A stretch of DNA of 53,657 nt, from the IMG/VR virus record IMGVR_UViG_3300042922_000451, positions 1-53,657 of that record; one strand, given 5' to 3'. How positions within the stretch are numbered: position 1 is the stretch's first letter; every line of letters begins with the position of its first letter. Under the pieces are notes generated by a model. The model was not told the DNA's origin and ran no database searches. It saw only the letters and a list, made by a program, of their open reading frames with translations. This DNA is from a virus. Its lineage: Duplodnaviria; Caudoviricetes. A program made the position numbers and the translations under genes. Positions 1-9,653 of the stretch are shown one piece after another.

Positions 1-127
1 ATAGGTTCTTTACTGAATAATGTTTTAAATACATATGGTTGAGCAAATTGAGCACCAGTAGCAGTCCATGTATTAATCTTTTTAGTTTTAGCAGCCCATC
101 CATATTTTGCAATGTAAACTGCGTCAT
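1..127. repeat. Terminal direct repeat, copy 1 (circular-assembly overlap)
   Basis: Identical to 53531-53657. 127 bp is a common assembler k-mer, and the repeat lies inside a continuous reading frame. Confidence 0.95.
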
Positions 128-3100
128 TTACCAAACACATTCTGCTATATGTAGCTTCATGCTCAAACTCATATCCATATCTTCTACCAAACTCCATTAC
201 AAAATCTATTATTTCTTGTGTAGCATTTGGTATCTTTATGGAGTCAGTTTTTATATGTGCAACTACAAAACCTCGCTCCTGTACTGCATGTCTCAAGTCT
301 ATCATAAACAAAGCTCCACGTTTAGCAACTATGTTATCTATATTTCTACTATCTCTGAATGGATTATCAAATTTAGCTGAGGTTAATCCATAGACAGAAT
401 TAATTGCAGTTTTTAAAGCATCTGCTAATTCTCCGGAAGTCATTTCACCGTTTAATACTTTTTGTATATATGGAGTCAATACACCATTCAGCATTTTGTT
501 TACTATATCCCATGCTTCATGTTTAATGTTAACTCTACCATCGACTATTTCTTTAAATCGTCTAGTAAATTCAACACCAAATAAAACTTCGCATATTGTG
601 CTATTAGGATGCATAGATGTTGCATCTAATAAAGCCACATCAAAATACATCCCAGGCTGAGCATATACTTCTCCACCTTCACCAACTTCTTCACCTCTAT
701 ACATACTTTTACCATTAGTATATGTATATCCATCGAAATATGGTAAAATGGATTTTTCGTCAAATGGTTTCTCCATCATCTTTGGTTTGGCTTCTTTTAG
801 AAATGCGTAGGTTTCTTCATCCAATTTAGTTACAGGTTTTGATAAATCTCTATAATTAAATTTCGATTGTGGGGACTTATTTTTTCCAAATATTATTCTT
901 GTCGATAGTGTGTTAGTCGTATCATTAACCGTCATACCTGCGATATCTGCTAATATCTGTCTAGCAGTCCAATCACCGGATAAATGATTAAATACTATTT
1001 CAGTTGCCACTACATCGTTAATACAATAATCAGCAACGGTAGTCCATAAGTCTTCTGAAACAGGCTCGTCCCATTTGAGTCCTAGTTCTTGATGATGGAT
1101 TCCTAATTCTATTTCAAATTTTTTTAAACTTTTCTTATTAACAGCAGATGCAAAATCATATACATCAGTATATGACAAATTATAAGCTTCTCCAAACATA
1201 CAATTACTACTGCCATTTATAATTCGTTGACTTAGATTATATAATTGTTCATTATTATAACCAATATAAGCCGCATATAATATATGATTGTCATATCGTC
1301 TACAATTAAATCCAACTAGTTTAAAAGACAGCAATAACTCTATATCTGATGGTTTTGGGTTTATCATCTTAACAGGTGCTTTACCTGCCATTTTCCATAC
1401 TACAACAAATAAGTTAGGAAATACTTCAACATCAAAGAACACTAAATCATCATTATTGTATTCTTCTTTATTAGCACTTATTTCCTCAGATTTTATTTTC
1501 ATTTTGCTAACTAACTTTATACAATAATCAGATTGATTACTACTATTATTAGCAAATGTTAATATAGCAGGTCGCATATCAGATATATCATATTTCAATC
1601 CAGAGTTATATGCATCTTCCAGTATTTTATTTATGAAGTCTATACTTGGTTTTGTTCCTGGATGTATTTCTTTATTCAAGTTTTTCTTAACGAGTTCTCT
1701 TAAACCTTTCTCGCTTTTTACAGCATCAAAATTGACCATCTTTTCTCCTTTCAAAGGTAATCCGGAATTTATAGTGGTGATAGGTATATTAAGACATTTT
1801 GTTAGTTTTCGTCGAAGTGAACTATTACCAGTAAATACTTTAATTTCTATTCCATCGGAATATACTCTACTAAGTTTATTAACGTCACCATCATAAATGT
1901 AATGTAAATGTATTCCAGCTCCGCTTTTACTAAACTCAACATAAGTCGCAGGCCATTTACTAGCAGCTTCTATATTTTTCTCTAATGATTTTTTTCCATT
2001 TTCATCTTTTAGGTCAAAATCCACAACTATATGATTTTTATGATTTTCAGGAAAGTAAATATAATGTATTTGAGTAGTATCTAAATCACATAATTTAGTT
2101 GTAACGTCAGACCAATATTTAGTTGGTTTTTCTGTAGCTGTAGCATATTGTGCAGGATATGAAGCACATATTTCATCGAGTATACTTTCTGTAGATTCTA
2201 AAACTAATGATGATTGATGTTCTTCTTTTTCATTAGATACTACTGTAAATTTATTAATTAGAAAACCTGAATAATAACTTCGTATTTGAGTTCCATTCAC
2301 ACGTGCTATATCTGAGAATACCTGAAAATAGTTTTTAAGTTCTTCTCTAAATTTATGTCTAGGAATTTTATATTCTACCATTGCATCTTCACAATAATTC
2401 TTATACATCTCATAAGCTTGTGATAATGTAACACCATCTTGTTCTTTAAATGAGTAGTAATTAGATTCTACGAAGTTAAAGAATACATCTGTTTGTAATA
2501 TCATATCTAGCGGTCTATACGAGTTATAGTAATTTTTACCCATCTCTCTATACACATCAAGACAATGATATGCAATCGCACCAAGTTCAAAATCAATTTG
2601 AGACATGATCGCTTGATATTTCTTCGGAGGTAGTTTCCTACCAGACGGTTTAACATCTATGAGCCTCCTTATAATACCTGATTTTGCATCGGTAATTTTT
2701 ACAGGTCTATTGGTACCCATAAACAAGAAGCAGTTAACCCTCGCCATATATGAAGGTTTATACTTCTCATTCATTGTCATCTCTTCATGAGAGATGATCG
2801 AATTGAGTTTCGTGTTGTCTTCGATTTTCGACAAGTCGCCATCATGCTGTATTGCAACCAACGGGTTGGATTTAAATACTTCGGTGGCAAAGGCATTCCC
2901 GGATGCAGTGAGAGCTTTTGCTTCAAATGTAGTGTAGTATCCCTCGAATAGTTTTTGGATAATATTAAGAATAGTTGATTTTCCTGCACCAGCTTCTCCA
3001 TAGAGCACGATAAATTTTTGTATATCTTTTGCATCTCCTGACACAATTGATCCAATTGCCCATTCGAGTTTAGCTCTCTCATCCACGTCGTATAAAGTTC

Positions 3101-3536
3101 CAATAAGTTCGTTGAATGCATCTATTTTTCCTCCTTCTAATGGATAATTTAATCTTTTACTAACATAATCTTTCTTCTTAACTTCAGTATTAAGAAATGT
3201 TAACTTCTCATCTAATTGATGAGCATTATCAGAAATGTGACTTATATAATTTCTAAATTCAGCCCACGATTTAGTTGAGAAATCACTCATCATTTTTGTA
3301 ATAACCACCCCATCGGTTCGTTGTATAACTTTTTCTCGATAAGCAATTAAATCAGAATCAACAAGTCGTTGAACATCGTATTCATCAGTAGACCATAATC
3401 CTTTCTCTTCATCCCATATCGCATAGAATGATTTTCCTCGAACCATTAAATCTTTTGAACGCCCAACTTTAAAATCTGGATATATCTCAACGACTGAATT
3501 TTTAACGCTTCTCTCTTTTATTTGATAAAAGTCCAC
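1..3536 (-). CDS. 5' part of a ~1380-aa replicase fusion (SF3-type helicase, AEP primase, 3'-5' exonuclease, family B DNA polymerase); continues across the junction into 52924-53530
   Basis: Not in the ORF track because it runs off the edge. GTG at 3536 gives MDFYQIKERSVK. Motifs read on the minus strand: Walker A GEAGAGKST (~2975-2999), AEP HIVVDFDLKD (~2020) and SKSGAGIHLHY, ExoI FFDVEVFPN (~1433), PolB LLDATSMHP (~626), KTAINSVYG and HIKTDS. Frame spot-checked at four motifs and at the junction, not at every codon. Confidence 0.88.
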   Translation of the reverse strand, partial: MDFYQIKERSVKNSVVEIYPDFKVGRSKDLMVRGKSFYAIWDEEKGLWSTDEYDVQRLVDSDLIAYREKVIQRTDGVVITKMMSDFSTKSWAEFRNYISHISDNAHQLDEKLTFLNTEVKKKDYVSKRLNYPLEGGKIDAFNELIGTLYDVDERAKLEWAIGSIVSGDAKDIQKFIVLYGEAGAGKSTILNIIQKLFEGYYTTFEAKALTASGNAFATEVFKSNPLVAIQHDGDLSKIEDNTKLNSIISHEEMTMNEKYKPSYMARVNCFLFMGTNRPVKITDAKSGIIRRLIDVKPSGRKLPPKKYQAIMSQIDFELGAIAYHCLDVYREMGKNYYNSYRPLDMILQTDVFFNFVESNYYSFKEQDGVTLSQAYEMYKNYCEDAMVEYKIPRHKFREELKNYFQVFSDIARVNGTQIRSYYSGFLINKFTVVSNEKEEHQSSLVLESTESILDEICASYPAQYATATEKPTKYWSDVTTKLCDLDTTQIHYIYFPENHKNHIVVDFDLKDENGKKSLEKNIEAASKWPATYVEFSKSGAGIHLHYIYDGDVNKLSRVYSDGIEIKVFTGNSSLRRKLTKCLNIPITTINSGLPLKGEKMVNFDAVKSEKGLRELVKKNLNKEIHPGTKPSIDFINKILEDAYNSGLKYDISDMRPAILTFANNSSNQSDYCIKLVSKMKIKSEEISANKEEYNNDDLVFFDVEVFPNLFVVVWKMAGKAPVKMINPKPSDIELLLSFKLVGFNCRRYDNHILYAAYIGYNNEQLYNLSQRIINGSSNCMFGEAYNLSYTDVYDFASAVNKKSLKKFEIELGIHHQELGLKWDEPVSEDLWTTVADYCINDVVATEIVFNHLSGDWTARQILADIAGMTVNDTTNTLSTRIIFGKNKSPQSKFNYRDLSKPVTKLDEETYAFLKEAKPKMMEKPFDEKSILPYFDGYTYTNGKSMYRGEEVGEGGEVYAQPGMYFDVALLDATSMHPNSTICEVLFGVEFTRRFKEIVDGRVNIKHEAWDIVNKMLNGVLTPYIQKVLNGEMTSGELADALKTAINSVYGLTSAKFDNPFRDSRNIDNIVAKRGALFMIDLRHAVQERGFVVAHIKTDSIKIPNATQEIIDFVMEFGRRYGYEFEHEATYSRMCLVNDAVYIAKYGWAAKTKKINTWTATGAQFAQPYVFKTLFSKEP

Positions 3537-3570
3537 ACTAACGAGTACCCCCTTTCAAGTTATGTTTATC

Positions 3571-3978
3571 TTAAGCTATATAAATAATACGACTTCCGCT
3601 TTTCAACCAAACAACTATTGCATTTGGCATATATGGGACTCCATATGTTTCAACACAAGGTCTATAATCATCTATAAGAGCTTCTTTAATTTTCATCTCT
3701 AAACGAAATTGGCGATATATATCACCATAGGTTTTTTCTTCTTTATTCCTTAAGTTTACATATTCTTTTTCACTTAAGTTTTCATGATCTATGTCACCTT
3801 TATGTTCTGTCGCTTGACGTTTACAGATCGGACACTGAACTGCATATTGAATACTCCCATATGACGATATATCTTTCCAATCTTCCTCTTGAGCTTCCAA
3901 CATGATTTCACAATTTCTGCATCTGAACATTTTTGTTACTTTCTCTTTCTTATTTTCAATTCGTATTATTTTTATCAT
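3571..3978 (-). CDS. Hypothetical protein with N-terminal zinc ribbon
   Basis: CRNC...CPIC; RBS TTGAAAGGAG. Confidence 0.7.
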   Translation of the reverse strand: MIKIIRIENKKEKVTKMFRCRNCEIMLEAQEEDWKDISSYGSIQYAVQCPICKRQATEHKGDIDHENLSEKEYVNLRNKEEKTYGDIYRQFRLEMKIKEALIDDYRPCVETYGVPYMPNAIVVWLKSGSRIIYIA

Positions 3979-4005
3979 GGTTATCTCCTTTCAAGGTATA
4001 TTAAT

Positions 4006-4227
4006 TTATTTATATTCTACTATTGCTGAGAATATAGAGAAATGTGTTCCACAATAATTACAAAGTGGCATAGCATCTCGTCTTGGATTATTCTGTTCGC
4101 CAATCCCTTGTAATTTAGTACAATCAAATCTGTCTGTAGACATTACATCTTGATTGAGTTCAAATAGTGGAGTTTTACATTGCCCACATTTATATATAGT
4201 TCCCTTTTTTATTTTGTATGATTCCAT
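4006..4227 (-). CDS. Small zinc-ribbon protein
   Basis: CGQC...CNYC; RBS AAGGAG. Confidence 0.7.
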   Translation of the reverse strand: MESYKIKKGTIYKCGQCKTPLFELNQDVMSTDRFDCTKLQGIGEQNNPRRDAMPLCNYCGTHFSIFSAIVEYK

Positions 4228-4244
4228 GTTAACACTCCTTCTAA

Positions 4245-4515
4245 AATACTCTGTGACACTTGTGACACTTTTTGTACAAGCCTAAAACTTTTATATATTA
4301 TATTTTTTCTATATAATAGTTAAGAGAAAAAAGTGTATTTTTGTCACACAAGTCTGGAAACCCGCATGAATACAGGGATAGAGCCTGTTACACTTTTTTT
4401 AAAAAGTGTCACAATGTTACACTTTTTTGTCACACTTTTCAACACTTCCAAAAAATGTCAAAAATTTTACTAAAAAAAGTGTCACACTTGTGACGTTTTT
4501 GTCACACATTTTTAG
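4245..4515. other. Putative origin of replication with iteron-like GT(C/G/T)ACA repeats
   Basis: Non-coding ~270 bp with about ten TGTCACAC/TGTGACAC/GTTACAC units in both orientations, A/T tracts and an AT-rich stretch at ~4290-4320; lies near the replicase gene. Confidence 0.65.
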
Positions 4516-4518
4516 ACT

Positions 4519-4644
4519 TTATTTTTCCAATTCCTTGACTTTTTTGCTTAATTTACAAACCTTAATGTCAACAAATCCCACATAAATTATTGCAACAACA
4601 CCAACTGCAGCTCCAATCATTCCCATCTTTTTACCATTACACAC
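4519..4644 (-). CDS. Small single-TM protein (41 aa, not in ORF track)
   Basis: Manual translation MCNGKKMGMIGAAVGVVAIIYVGFVDIKVCKLSKKVKELEK; start uncertain. Confidence 0.5.
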   Translation of the reverse strand: MCNGKKMGMIGAAVGVVAIIYVGFVDIKVCKLSKKVKELEK

Positions 4645-4645
4645 T

Positions 4646-4759
4646 TTATTTCACACCCTTTCCATTGCATTTTTTACAAGGTACCTGCACATCACAGAAC
4701 GGTTCCTTCCAAATTTTACCAGTCCCATTACAGAAATTACACTTTTTAACTGTAGCCAT
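4646..4759 (-). CDS. 37-aa DnaJ-type zinc-finger microprotein (not in ORF track)
   Basis: MATVKKCNFCNGTGKIWKEPFCDVQVPCKKCNGKGVK has two CxxCxGxG motifs; abuts both neighbours; GAGG RBS. Confidence 0.7.
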   Translation of the reverse strand: MATVKKCNFCNGTGKIWKEPFCDVQVPCKKCNGKGVK

Positions 4760-4760
4760 A

Positions 4761-5345
4761 CTACATCATATCCTCTCTATTATAGTATTTTTCAACCAAA
4801 TAAGCATTCATTTGATACCAAAGTTCTACTTTTCTTTGGTCTTTTTTAGCATTTTTAAGTGGAAATAACCCACCTTTACCGTCTTTTTCGTACGTCCTAT
4901 CTATGATTTTATTAAGAATTGAGTCAACTTTATACTCCGTTTTCGAGTCAACCCAAGCCTTATCTGAGAATTTATCTAGTCCAACATTAGACAAAAACTT
5001 CCAAAACCAGTACTTCATAGGATTATCATTACCAGTATCAGCCATCATATTTCTACATCTATAGGCTAATCCAATAATTAATTCTAACATCGAACAAGTT
5101 TCTTCATACTGTTCTTGGTCATAATATACTTTACATTCATCGCAGAATTTAATACGTAATGTCTTCCCATCAAAAGTTCTATTGTCATCATTAGGTACTG
5201 ACCATAGAAATTTCTTAAAATGTAGATATAAGATTAGATGAGTAAACTCCTCATTTTCATCAACTTGCGAATGTAACCAAGAGCTATACTTAACTCCAGC
5301 ATCTATGTTTGATAGAAACTGTAAATCAACAATTCCGTCGCTCAT
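4761..5345 (-). CDS. Hypothetical phage protein
   Basis: 194-aa ORF in operon context, ending GGLFPL...VELWYQMNAYL. Confidence 0.75.
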   Translation of the reverse strand: MSDGIVDLQFLSNIDAGVKYSSWLHSQVDENEEFTHLILYLHFKKFLWSVPNDDNRTFDGKTLRIKFCDECKVYYDQEQYEETCSMLELIIGLAYRCRNMMADTGNDNPMKYWFWKFLSNVGLDKFSDKAWVDSKTEYKVDSILNKIIDRTYEKDGKGGLFPLKNAKKDQRKVELWYQMNAYLVEKYYNREDMM

Positions 5346-5347
5346 AA

Positions 5348-6001
5348 TTATTTATAGCCCATTTGTGTTTCGGAGTAACTCTGTTTAAGCAATACTATTT
5401 CATAATCAATTCTCAATTTATTGTTACGTACGTATACGGTATTCCCTATTTCTGAGGTTAACAAGTCTATAGAATCCTTACCAACAGTCCCATTAATGTC
5501 CGCGATAACTTCCTCCGCATCAGCATCAGTTAATACTTGGTCATCTCTATAGTAATATAAAGTTACTTTTTCATTGTCTTCCATTTCCTCAGAGAACTGT
5601 TCAATGTCTATTATATAAGGTGATAAATTGGTTACGTTATTAATAGTATCTTTAGAACTCTCAGTCTTAGTACCCTTATCGAATTTAACACTACCATTAT
5701 AATCTGTAACTATTTTATTATAACGATCATTATACGCATATACTTGTTCGCCTTCATCGTCAACCACCTTTTCATCAGCAGTGTCATCGCTGCATCCTTT
5801 CATTGACTCATCTGCGTTTTTATTCACTCTAGCATATCTGTTTGCTCTAAGTGATTTTACTATTTCCTCATTCTCAAGCATAATACTCTCATTTTCAGTA
5901 GTTAATTTTTTCCTAACCACTAAAGCAGAAGCGATTCCACCTATCACCGCCCCACTTACAAAAACTAATGTTGTTTTTACTGTATTAATATTCATATTCA
6001 T
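5348..6001 (-). CDS. Hypothetical protein with N-terminal membrane anchor and acidic body
   Basis: Hydrophobic LVFVSGAVIGGIASALVV; overlaps the upstream gene. Confidence 0.75.
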   Translation of the reverse strand: MNMNINTVKTTLVFVSGAVIGGIASALVVRKKLTTENESIMLENEEIVKSLRANRYARVNKNADESMKGCSDDTADEKVVDDEGEQVYAYNDRYNKIVTDYNGSVKFDKGTKTESSKDTINNVTNLSPYIIDIEQFSEEMEDNEKVTLYYYRDDQVLTDADAEEVIADINGTVGKDSIDLLTSEIGNTVYVRNNKLRIDYEIVLLKQSYSETQMGYK

Positions 6002-6239
6002 CTTCCTCTCCTGGATAAATTAATTCAACTGGTTGACCGTCAACTCCATATACAAACATATTTTCTTTTCTATGTTTGAATAAATATAGAGTATTGGGTG
6101 TTATTATTCTAAATATATTCGTAATTTCAAAGCCATTACTATCTATAAACAAATTAGTATGTTTGTCATACCATAAAGTCATATCATTGTCTATATACAT
6201 ATCTGGACAGTAGTAATCATATCGTCTGTTAATGCTCAT
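5985..6239 (-). CDS. Hypothetical protein, paralog of 6261-6470
   Basis: Shared IF.II.PN.LYLFK..K..M.VYGV.G..V.LIYP. Confidence 0.75.
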   Translation of the reverse strand: MSINRRYDYYCPDMYIDNDMTLWYDKHTNLFIDSNGFEITNIFRIITPNTLYLFKHRKENMFVYGVDGQPVELIYPGEEDEYEY

Positions 6240-6260
6240 AATCTATCTCCCTTCGAGATA

Positions 6261-6470
6261 TTAGTCGGGATAAATTAATCCAACTAAATTACCAGTTACT
6301 CCATATACAAGCATATCTTTCTTTTTAGCTTTAAATAAATATAGTGAATTGGGAGATATAATACTAAATATGTCTACTATTTCTTCTCCTTCTTCGTCAG
6401 TGAGTAAGTTTTGTTTTTCATCATAGTAATAAGCTTTCTCCCAACAACCAATAGTATCCCCATTACTCAT
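6261..6470 (-). CDS. Hypothetical protein, paralog of 5985-6239
   Basis: Paralogy; RBS GAAGGGAG. Confidence 0.75.
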   Translation of the reverse strand: MSNGDTIGCWEKAYYYDEKQNLLTDEEGEEIVDIFSIISPNSLYLFKAKKKDMLVYGVTGNLVGLIYPD

Positions 6471-6592
6471 CTTAAATCTCCCTTCACTACTCTGTCATTA
6501 AGACGACCTCTTTCATACATGTATAAATGTGGATAATTGATAAGGTCTTGTTCTCTATAACCTGAGCCGACAGCTGATAAACCGTCCCTATC

Positions 6593-7525
6593 TCAAATCA
6601 TATCATATATAACTCCAGCTACATTAAAGTCTAGAAGTATTGATCTTTCATATCCATTCACAAAGTCTCTAACTGCCATTTTCTCACCATCGAATAGACC
6701 GAAATCTACGAAGTCATCTCCATACCCTTTAGCCCAACCTGTTATAGAACCTGCGGTAGACCTAGGAATCCCTAGCATATCGTACACTTCATTTAAGAAT
6801 ATATGTCCTCTAGAATGCAACAAATCATTAGCATAATTCTGTTGACACTTTAAGAATGTCAAATTATATTCTGGTGTATTACTCCATTGAGTGCTGCTCT
6901 CATCAAAGTATCTAGCATATTGACTAATGCCATTTGGATCTGTAGTTTCAACTACTTTTGTAACTTTCTTTTCCTTTCCGTCCTCATCAATTTCGGTTAC
7001 TTTAACTTTGTTTTGTTTAATTCCGTTTTTAAGTATCCTATCTTTCTCTGACCCAAATTCATCTACTACACGCTTTCTATAATCAGAGAAGCTAGTTTCA
7101 ACAGCTTTATAAGCCGCTATAAGAGCTATGTTACGTTTCTTCATAATACCATGAGCACCAAGTACACAACCTATAGAAGCCGCACCAAGCACTATTGATG
7201 GACCATACAATTTAACAAAATCGACCCCAGTCTGTACTGTAGCAACTGTTAAGTCTTTTTTATAATCATTTTCTGAATATTCTTCACGAGATAACTCTCC
7301 GGATTCAACTTTGCCCCATGCTTTCTTTATTTTTCCTATTTTTTCCTCGTGAGTATCAAGTACTTCATCTACCTTCAAAGTTGCTCTACATGCCAATACT
7401 GTACTAGCTACTATACCAGCAACTCCAACCGTCATCAATATCTCAGGGCTATATTTTTGTAATATAAGACCACTTCTACCTGCTGTTCTGCTTATTGTAT
7501 TTTTAACCATTTCAATTTTATTCAT
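6593..7525 (-). CDS. DUF6353-like phage protein, paralog of 10509-11339
   Basis: SPEIL..GV.G hydrophobic N-terminus, LNEVYDMLG..GW..LDF; start placed at MNKIE after GGAGG; family call from recall. Confidence 0.7.
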   Translation of the reverse strand: MNKIEMVKNTISRTAGRSGLILQKYSPEILMTVGVAGIVASTVLACRATLKVDEVLDTHEEKIGKIKKAWGKVESGELSREEYSENDYKKDLTVATVQTGVDFVKLYGPSIVLGAASIGCVLGAHGIMKKRNIALIAAYKAVETSFSDYRKRVVDEFGSEKDRILKNGIKQNKVKVTEIDEDGKEKKVTKVVETTDPNGISQYARYFDESSTQWSNTPEYNLTFLKCQQNYANDLLHSRGHIFLNEVYDMLGIPRSTAGSITGWAKGYGDDFVDFGLFDGEKMAVRDFVNGYERSILLDFNVAGVIYDMI

Positions 7526-7706
7526 TTCTCTTTCCTCCAATTTTTGTATTTGTTAAGATATTATATATTGATTCCGCTTCCGAACCAATAAATGTTTTTA
7601 CACGTTCTAATCTGTTTCCAACACGTTTATCCACAGCGATAACAGATTTATCACTATTTTTGTCAATGTCAACGCTAACTATATAACTTTGACTTGATTT
7701 TAGCAT
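7518..7706 (-). CDS. Hypothetical protein
   Basis: GGGAGG RBS; overlaps the next gene. Confidence 0.65.
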   Translation of the reverse strand: MLKSSQSYIVSVDIDKNSDKSVIAVDKRVGNRLERVKTFIGSEAESIYNILTNTKIGGKRNE

Positions 7707-7724
7707 TTTAAACCCTCCCCCATT

Positions 7725-7862
7725 TTACTTAAGTTTCTTACTCTCTAAAAACTTATGATATATAGCAATAACTTGATTGTCTGACATGTTTCGTACTTTA
7801 TTTCGCCATTTGTCTCCAGGATAAACGTTCTTAACAGCCTCCCTCATTAGTATAATCGACAT
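7725..7862 (-). CDS. 45-aa small protein (not in ORF track)
   Basis: MSIILMREAVKNVYPGDKWRNKVRNMSDNQVIAIYHKFLESKKLK; fills the gap, GGGTGGGAGG upstream. Confidence 0.65.
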   Translation of the reverse strand: MSIILMREAVKNVYPGDKWRNKVRNMSDNQVIAIYHKFLESKKLK

Positions 7863-7882
7863 ACCTCCCACCCCTTATGAGA

Positions 7883-8098
7883 TTATTCTAAAAATATTAT
7901 AATATATTCATCTGTTTTTTGAACATCTACTATTTTTTTAGGAACCCCTAAAAAATCAAATTCGCTACCTATTTTATCTACATATGCTTTTAATAAAGCT
8001 TCCTTATGACATACTATACCAGGTGCTATATTAGTATCTTTATTAGGAACACTAATGACTATTGGTTTATTTACAATCTTCTCTATAAAATTATCCAC
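7883..8098 (-). CDS. Hypothetical protein, paralog of the C-terminal half of 8110-8583
   Basis: CHKEALLKAYVDKIGS vs CSKGVLLKSYIDKIGS. Confidence 0.7.
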   Translation of the reverse strand: MDNFIEKIVNKPIVISVPNKDTNIAPGIVCHKEALLKAYVDKIGSEFDFLGVPKKIVDVQKTDEYIIIFLE

Positions 8099-8109
8099 AA
8101 TAACCTCTC

Positions 8110-8583
8110 CTATTCTAATTCAATATAAATGGTTTTCTCTGTAACTTTAACACTTACTACTTTTCTTTTCTCACCAGCGTAATCGATGCAAGAACCTATT
8201 TTGTCTATATAACTTTTCAACAATACTCCTTTAGAACAAGCAATACATTCTGTAAACCATGCATCTTCATAAGGAACTGTAAAAATAATATTCTCTCTAG
8301 CCTTATCTATTTGAGTTATTCTGAATTTATCCAAACATATTGGATCGGGTAAAGTCAATTTATAAACGCCATCCGAATTTTGCTTTATTACTGGTGGTAT
8401 GATTCTATCCCAACCATATCTAACATCCATATCTTTACCAATCCCTCCAATTATATCATAAAAATCAAATACAGATGCAACACCATATTTTATAATATTA
8501 GAATTTAAACCGTCAAGTATCAAGTCTGCATCCTTTTTATTTTCACACATTATATTACTGAAAGCCATATATCTTATATTCAT
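8110..8583 (-). CDS. Two-domain hypothetical protein
   Basis: N-half resembles the C-terminus of 8596-9312 (YG.A.V.D.Y...GWD...L.LP); C-half resembles 7883-8098. Confidence 0.7.
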   Translation of the reverse strand: MNIRYMAFSNIMCENKKDADLILDGLNSNIIKYGVASVFDFYDIIGGIGKDMDVRYGWDRIIPPVIKQNSDGVYKLTLPDPICLDKFRITQIDKARENIIFTVPYEDAWFTECIACSKGVLLKSYIDKIGSCIDYAGEKRKVVSVKVTEKTIYIELE

Positions 8584-8595
8584 TTATTTCTCCTC

Positions 8596-9312
8596 CTAAT
8601 CTAATGGTATAGCTCTTGGTAAATTCAATTGCCATCCACCACGTGCTCTACTTACTCTAACTCTACTAAGGTCATCCCAACCAAATTTATCATCTGTAAA
8701 GCTACTAGATATTCCAACCAAACCATACAAATCCGAAACAGTAGCTTGACCATAGTCAGTAATCAAATCAACCAAATGTCCAAGAACTTCTTCAGCTTCA
8801 TCATAAGATTCAAGAACTATATCATCAAACGTATGTCGACTTATATTTCTAGATGATGCTTCTCTTCTATCATCTCGTTTATTAGATGAATAGCTATTAT
8901 AACTTACATAAGATTTATTTCTATTTCCTCGACTTCTATTTCTAACAGCCTCACCAAATAAAGCAACTTCTATTCCAGTCTGAACGGCATCGAATATACC
9001 CTGAGCTATATCAGTTATAGTGCTTTTTGCTGAAGGAACTAATACATCTTTAATAATGTAATCCTTAACATTGATTATATCATCGGCTATAAATGTCTCC
9101 ATAAATCTTTTACTTAACGATTTTTTTCTAGTTATGACTTTACCCTGAGTAACTCGTTCAACTTTCTTGGGTTCTTCTTTTTCCTCTTTTTTATAGATGC
9201 TATTTGATGGATAAGAATCTTTAAGAAGTTTTTTATTACGGTCATCTAGTTCTATTCCGGCATGAGCGTCCTGTGCATAATCGCCAGCATCTATAATATC
9301 TTTCTTAGTCAT
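8596..9312 (-). CDS. Hypothetical phage protein
   Basis: 238-aa ORF, AGGAGG RBS, ATGA overlap. Confidence 0.75.
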   Translation of the reverse strand: MTKKDIIDAGDYAQDAHAGIELDDRNKKLLKDSYPSNSIYKKEEKEEPKKVERVTQGKVITRKKSLSKRFMETFIADDIINVKDYIIKDVLVPSAKSTITDIAQGIFDAVQTGIEVALFGEAVRNRSRGNRNKSYVSYNSYSSNKRDDRREASSRNISRHTFDDIVLESYDEAEEVLGHLVDLITDYGQATVSDLYGLVGISSSFTDDKFGWDDLSRVRVSRARGGWQLNLPRAIPLD

Positions 9313-9506
9313 TTGTTTTCCTCCTTTTTATTGTAATTTTGATTTCGGCAGATATCTAAACCAAACATTAACGAATAAAACCCATCGAATCTATCATGAA
9401 TACTTTTAACAGTCCCATCGCCACATACCATTTCGAATCCAGCTTCATATGCGTCCGTAGCATCACCAATAGTTAACAGTTCGTATTTCTTCCCAATCCA
9501 TTTCAT
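9309..9506 (-). CDS. Hypothetical protein
   Basis: GAGGAGG RBS; coupled to neighbours. Confidence 0.65.
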   Translation of the reverse strand: MKWIGKKYELLTIGDATDAYEAGFEMVCGDGTVKSIHDRFDGFYSLMFGLDICRNQNYNKKEENK

Positions 9507-9653
9507 TTATTTATCCTCCTCAGCATATCTTTCGCACGAATCATTTTTTGAAACGTGCTCATTATTTATTGAGCATACAACTAATCCGTCTTCCGTACAT
9601 AAATCGCAACCACATGAATAATGCCAGATACAATTCTCACATTTCTTTTTCAT
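9507..9653 (-). CDS. 48-aa Cys-rich microprotein (not in ORF track)
   Basis: MKKKCENCIWHYSCGCDLCTEDGLVVCSINNEHVSKNDSCERYAEEDK; GGAGG RBS. Confidence 0.65.
   Translation of the reverse strand: MKKKCENCIWHYSCGCDLCTEDGLVVCSINNEHVSKNDSCERYAEEDK

Noticed and set aside
39-3121. Track ORFs 39-380, 1288-1527, 1633-1896 (+) and 2777-3121 (-)
   Set aside because: They lie antisense or out of frame within the replicase gene, whose motifs are in another frame
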